A DNA stretch of 40,735 nucleotides from Octopus bimaculoides (taxonomy: Eukaryota). Below, piece after piece: positions 36,070 to 40,735 of this stretch. Made by a program: the position numbers and the translations under genes. Location of the stretch: positions 80,928,343 through 80,969,077 of the forward strand of contig NC_068987.1 in NCBI RefSeq assembly GCF_001194135.2, read 5' to 3'. The notes under the pieces are model-generated. The model was given only the letters and a program-made list of their open reading frames with translations. It made no database searches and was not told the origin of the DNA. How positions within the stretch are numbered: position 1 is the stretch's first letter; each line of letters opens with the position of its first letter.

Positions 36070-36545
36070 ATATATATATGTATTTTTACTTGTTTCAGTA
36101 ATTAGACTACAGCCATGCTGGGGCACTGCCTTGAAGAATTTTTTTTTTTAACCTGGTCATTAAGTTACGGGGACGTAAATAAAACACCGGTTGTCAAGCG
36201 GTGGTGAGGAACATCCTCAAACACAAAGACCGGCGTGGGTTCATTCTTCTTCATGAGTACCGGCATATACACACGCACACACATATATATTTATGCTTTC
36301 GGTGCGTGTTTATTAACGAGTTTCCTCCCGTTTACGTCTACCAGATCCTCTCACAAGGCTTTGGTCGACCCAACGATATAGCTAAAGACACTTAGGTAAA
36401 TTTTCAGATTAACACCCGCTCGATTTTCACTAGGGTTTTAGTGTTAATCTGAAAATTTACCGATACTTTTGCCCAAGGTGTCAAGCAGAACCTGGAACCA
36501 TGTGGTTTGGAAGCAAACTTCATACTTCACAACCACGCCTGATAT
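36070..36545 (-). mobile_element. tRNA-derived SINE with a small hairpin insertion
   Basis: Matches 23480-23905; interrupted at ~36394-36468. Confidence 0.85.
36395..36461. mobile_element. 67-bp micro-MITE with 21-bp perfect TIR
   Basis: GGTAAATTTTCAGATTAACAC (36395-36415) / GTGTTAATCTGAAAATTTACC (36441-36461); flanks gacactta / gatacttt. Confidence 0.7.
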
Positions 36546-36999
36546 ATAAACATACATATATTACACACACCCACATATATATGTATGTATTACACATACA
36601 CACACGTGTGTGTGTGTGGTGTAGTTTACTTGCTTATGGCAGCCCATTAAAGGCGATAAGAGCATCAATCCAAGACATTCAGTTTCAAAGGGTTCTACTC
36701 TAGCATCACAAACGGACTTCCATGCCTTCTGATAAACAGCCAGTGGCTCCAATCAATTTAGAGGGACAGCACATAAAATGATAGACCGCTTGAGATGATC
36801 CTGAAGTTTGGTGTATAAATGGAGTTATCATTCACCCTATGTCCTCATGAAGCACATCTGCATATGGTGCACTTTTATCCAATTAGCAATGTATTGTTTT
36901 TTTATCTTTGAAGAACGATGGATAGGAGATACTATATATGTTTTCTATATATATATCTATTATGAATTAATTAATATTATTTTGGTTTTGCTCAGGCTC

Positions 37000-37690
37000 G
37001 GTCTTATTTCTGGTAGGATTTATGTGGGTAAGAGCAATGATAGTGTCAGAGAAACTTTAAGCATCAACAAGGATGAACTAGGTTTTCAGAGGATTTTCAG
37101 GCTCGGTACTACCATGGGCAACTTCCAGAAATCCCTGAGGAGCATTACTGGTTTGAGAAAACCTCTACAGGTATGGAAGTGCTGCCAGACAGGACTGTCT
37201 GAGATGCAAGCAGAGCAACAAAGCTGTTCTACATGCACTCATTCAGTGTCCAAGTATTGCTGATTTGTGAAGTAATGTCAAAACAGCTGTTATCACATGT
37301 GACATGATCTGACTATCGGCCAAATCCATTGTGAAGATCACCCTGCTGCCCACCTTTACCAAAGCAGGGCAGACAGTTTTCCTCTGTCTAGTGGTTATGA
37401 CAAGAGATTGTGTGGTGGACAAGGCTGAAAGAACTGAGGGGAGACATCTTCCAGGAAAGTGAGGTGGAGAAGGAAGTGCTGCCGCCTAGGGAATTTGTGA
37501 AAAGATGGATGATTGTGACAAAAATAGGGTGAAAGGCACTAATCTAAGTATGTGCCTGTAGATTGGAGGACAACATTTGGGAGAGGGCTTATTCCTTTGC
37601 TGATCAGAGTAATCCTGGATCTCTGGGGTTCTTTGATTGGAACAGTGAAAATTGGTAAAGTATTCTCCATTTGAGCTACTTGGGTGAACA
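37000..37690 (-). pseudogene. Possible highly decayed LINE endonuclease (APE) region
   Basis: Relatively GC-rich; FGR*SDHV (~37300-37325) and LRDFWK (~37120-37140) resemble the APE C-terminus and following linker; weak. Confidence 0.3.
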
Positions 37691-37911
37691 TATGCACATG
37701 GCCACATACACACATGGAACACACATACATAAACAGTAATGAAACATACACACTTGTGTTCTTTTGTGACATGTACACTCATAAGGGCAAGTGCTCAATT
37801 CAGATAATCTCAAACCCGAAGCGCTGTCTTGACTTAAACAAAAGAGCTTTGCCACTATGTTAGTGACTGGCTTGAATGCTGTAAAGGAAAAAAACTGAAA
37901 ATATATCCCAA

Positions 37912-37945
<34 letters not shown>

Positions 37946-37994
37946 TTCCACAATGTAACCTCGTGGGCATCGGTGCCGTTTTTCTCTTCCTCCA

Positions 37995-38110
37995 TTTTTC
38001 CATTCTTTGAACTTTCCGTCTTTCCGACGAAGGGCTCCGCCCGAAACGTTATACTCTCTCTCTTTCCTTTCCCGAGCATCCAATAACACTATCCGTATCA
38101 CGTCCTCACT
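37995..38110 (+). mobile_element. Penelope-like pLTR fragment with a degenerate hammerhead
   Basis: CCGACGA-A-GGGC-TCC-GCCC-GAAA-CGTT at 38024-38050; helix I poorly paired. Confidence 0.55.
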
Positions 38111-39547
38111 TTTTTGTTATTGTTTTTTGTGTTTTTTTGAACTTATATATATATATATATAAAAATATGTATATATATGCATGTGTATGTATGTCATGAT
38201 ATATATGTTTATGTGTATGTACATGTGTATGTAAATATATGAATTGTGTGTATGTACATGTATAGTATACACACAGATACACACTCACACATTTCAATGT
38301 ATGTGCTTGTGTCGATAAAATATTGGTAATATTTGCTAATTTTCTCCATACATGACATGTATCTGCTTGTTCCTGTTTCCATGGAAGTATGTTGGTGATT
38401 CTTTTCTAATCTAATAAAATATTTCCTACGTTTATTGAATTTTTAACATCAGACTACTTTCATGGTTTACTGATCGTTAAAAATCATGCAAACATTTCTG
38501 AATGTTTAAATAGATCGAATTTATTTATTTGTTTATTTATTTATTTATCTATTTATTCATTTATTTATTATGTATGAAAGTATAATATGCGAATGGGAGA
38601 TTGTTGTAGAATTACAATCCAAGGAACGGTTTGGGTTTTTTTTATCTCTGTTTGAAATAAATATATAAATGCCCCTTTAATGTTAAGCGTTATATAAATT
38701 AATAAACGTTTACATAAGATGAAAAATATTGTAATTCTTATTATTATGAGTTAATTCATCTTTAAAACTTTACCAAATTATTTCCATTTTCTCCCTTTTA
38801 TAAGTTTGAGATGAATCGAAATATATTATTTATAGGGAAATTAGTGAAAAGTTACTGTTTATTTAATTAAATGGAAGCTGAAGAATAGGGAGAATATTTT
38901 TGATATTCTTGTATTATAATAATTGTCAGAATTATTTAAAATGTTTGTGTATTTTTCTGTTTGTTTCCAATAACATCAGGATAACAATGTAGAGAACTGC
39001 ATCTAAGATTTGTAAAGGATATTGTATATAGATGACACTGGCTCAAAATGATTGGAATTTGAAGCAAAATCAAAGGGGGGAAATGAATATGATGAAGAGA
39101 ATATTAAACCCAAATTATTAATTATTGAAATAACATGATAAAAATAATACTAAATAGCAGATGATGTCAGTATAATGGCAAAAAGCAAATATTTTTTCCT
39201 ACATGTCACTTCATGAAAATCATGAAGAAAATCACAAATTCATGAAAATAATCACAAAATTACAGAAATAAAAATATAAAATTTAAAACCTTTGAATCTA
39301 GTATGAAATTAGAAGTTAAAAATTGAAAAAAGAAATCCTTTCACAAATTCTTTTATCTTAGCCCCATGCTGTGTGTATGGTAGATTTATGTCAGCCAGCA
39401 TTTTAATTCACCTGCAATATCCATTTTCTATGGAAGTATGTCATCACTTAACAAGTTTTATCTTAAGAAATGCCAAATGCTTATTTTCATCATTAACAGT
39501 TGGAAATGTTGTCATTGTTCAACTTCACTAATTGAAAATTAAATTGC

Positions 39548-39584
<37 letters not shown>

Positions 39585-40692
39585 CACATACATACACAGA
39601 GTGAGAAGAGAGAGAGATACGTATACATATATACGTAAATATACAGACACAAACTCATATAGAGAGAGATATACGCATGTGTGTGTATACATGTATATAT
39701 ATACATATATACCTATATATATATATTTTTATATTTGTGCATACATATACATGTATATATGTATGTACACACACACTCATATATCTATATACATATACAC
39801 CCACACATACGCAGTTATGCTTTTGGAAACAAAAATTACTCTTTCATAAAAATATCTAACAATGATAACAGAAATATAAGATAAAAGAAAACTTAATTTT
39901 TGAAATAAAATTATAAAATGCACAACTAAAACTCATTTATCAATTATTTTATGTCAAGGGTATTTTTTATTTTTATTTTTAAAGAGAATTTTTTTAGCTG
40001 TCATCGCTATTGCACACTATCATTTTAAATGCTTCAGGTTTCTTACATCATACAATAATGCGTATATTATTAAAGAGAATATTTTTCAAGAATGCATCAC
40101 TAGAATATTAATGTTTTAAAGGTAGGATGACTTATATCAGAAAATAAGAAGATTATTACTGGAAACAAATAGTGGAAGTTGTTTAAACGAAGCATTGCTG
40201 CTCTTAAGGTAGCTTTCTGGATGAGAAACACTACAGATAAGTAAAGTGGGGGAAAAAAACTTATATCTATTTATAATTAAATACAGAATGAAAGGTTTCA
40301 AGAATGGGGAATGAAAAGCTATAACATTGAAGCCTTTCTTCAGAGCATTAGGAAGTGGAATTATTCCAAATAGGAATCAAAGCTGATTGCTAACTTGGCT
40401 CAACTGGAGACTGATATTATTCCACGGTAATCACCCAATAATAAAACTAATCTTATAAGAAGAGGTTTAATACTGCTAGTGAAATCTACACAATGTTGAC
40501 TAGCATTGTTTATTTTTAAATACAAAATTGCAGCTCGGTTTTTTTGGGTTTCTTTTTGTTTTGTAGGTGGGGGAATAAGAAAATACTTTTGTCAAAAATC
40601 TAAGAGGTGGACCAAAAAGCAAATGGTATTAAGAACATAGAACATAAAAATTCCAGTGTGAAGTTGAATTCTAACGGTTGTCAAAGAGACCA

Positions 40693-40735
<43 letters not shown>

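Noticed and set aside
36808-37263. 151-aa ORF with IYVG resembling GIY-YIG
   Set aside because: Lacks the rest of the GIY-YIG signature; the N-terminal half is low-complexity and the opposite strand fits a LINE remnant better

Overview
AT-rich animal genomic DNA, most likely octopus or another coleoid cephalopod. This is inferred from the recurring tRNA-derived SINE families and dense (TA)n/(CA)n/(CAT)n microsatellites. There are five N-gaps (909-1610, 10941-11141, 15487-16203, 18744-18886, 35837-36014). The only well-supported host coding sequence is a first coding exon of a TCEANC2 homologue on the minus strand (35351-35443), in a CpG-retaining promoter-like region. Sequence to its left is probably one very large, transposon-filled intron. 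It holds a dead mariner (2405-3636) inserted in a SINE, a fossil Helitron (~9250-13330), a deleted FLYWCH-MULE element with a 9-bp TSD (31511-33556), piggyBac-type and Tc1/mariner-type MITEs, an RTE reverse-transcriptase fragment and about 25 SINE copies. The most interesting signal is self-cleaving-ribozyme-like RNA. A structurally complete minimal type I hammerhead (11195-11239, U4C core variant, palindromic helix III) sits in a ~0.5-kb ORF-less foldback element. Two more degenerate hammerheads of different sequence lie at 26425 and 38024, and an HDV-like pairing pattern lies at 26857-26965 (minus). All homology calls come from reading translations and motifs by eye; no database search or folding computation was run. 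SINE and fossil-element boundaries are approximate.
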